In this document: positions 63,994 to 64,000 of the stretch, piece after piece
Layout: the number at the start of each line of letters is the position of its first letter
Numbering within the stretch: the stretch's first letter is position 1
Origin: a virus
Taxonomy: Duplodnaviria; Caudoviricetes
Direction: 5' to 3' (one strand)
IMG/VR virus record: IMGVR_UViG_3300025401_000012
Length of the DNA stretch: 64,000 bases
Notes under the pieces: model-generated
Told to the model about the DNA's origin: nothing
Databases searched by the model: none
What the model saw: the letters and a program-made list of their open reading frames with translations, nothing else
Program-made: the position numbers and the translations under genes

Positions 63994-64000
63994 ACGATGG

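Noticed and set aside
1-64000. tRNA, rRNA or CRISPR array
   Set aside because: Intergenic gaps are under ~170 nt and show no cloverleaf/TTC-loop or repeat-spacer periodicity; tandem repeats are in-frame coding linkers
1-64000. Stop-codon reassignment, as in some large phages
   Set aside because: All conserved genes translate full length in the standard code and are tightly coupled
1-64000. Bacterial chromosome or eukaryotic giant-virus origin (ClpA, DnaJ, SOD, PolB, RFC-like)
   Set aside because: Holin/spanin/endolysin cassette, T4-type late motifs, fibre genes and Shine-Dalgarno coupling indicate a tailed bacteriophage

Overview
This window is a 64 kb piece of a large, AT-rich, T4-like (myovirus-type) dsDNA bacteriophage. 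It probably infects a Gram-negative proteobacterium: it has a spanin pair, ErpA/ClpA/PhoH homologues and sigma70-type promoters. Genes are densely packed, translationally coupled and almost all on the minus strand, in the standard genetic code. From left to right: a flavin-dependent halogenase-like gene; two dehydrogenases; a TGT/DpdA-fold base-exchange enzyme; sliding clamp, truncated UDP-glucose dehydrogenase and family-B DNA polymerase; a ~10 kb block of probable head-packaged proteins sharing an N-terminal tag and protease-site-like motifs, including two nucleotidyltransferase/ligase-like enzymes; ClpA, peptide deformylase and DnaJ; a lysis cassette (3-TM holin with an FG-rich tail, spanins, GH19 endolysin); PhoH, clamp loader, GroES and a DnaE fragment; tail/baseplate genes including a 4761-aa protein; ErpA, SOD, UV endonuclease and a QueD-like gene; and an AT-rich operon of four radical SAM enzymes plus a 2OG-Fe(II) hydroxylase. 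Two promoter classes are visible: TTGACw-17-TATAAT and T4-late-like TAAATA. Several leaders carry RNA structures, including a pseudoknot-like switch before queD and an AUG-sequestering hairpin containing a late promoter. No tRNA, CRISPR array or intein was seen. All family assignments come from motif recognition by eye; no database searches were run.
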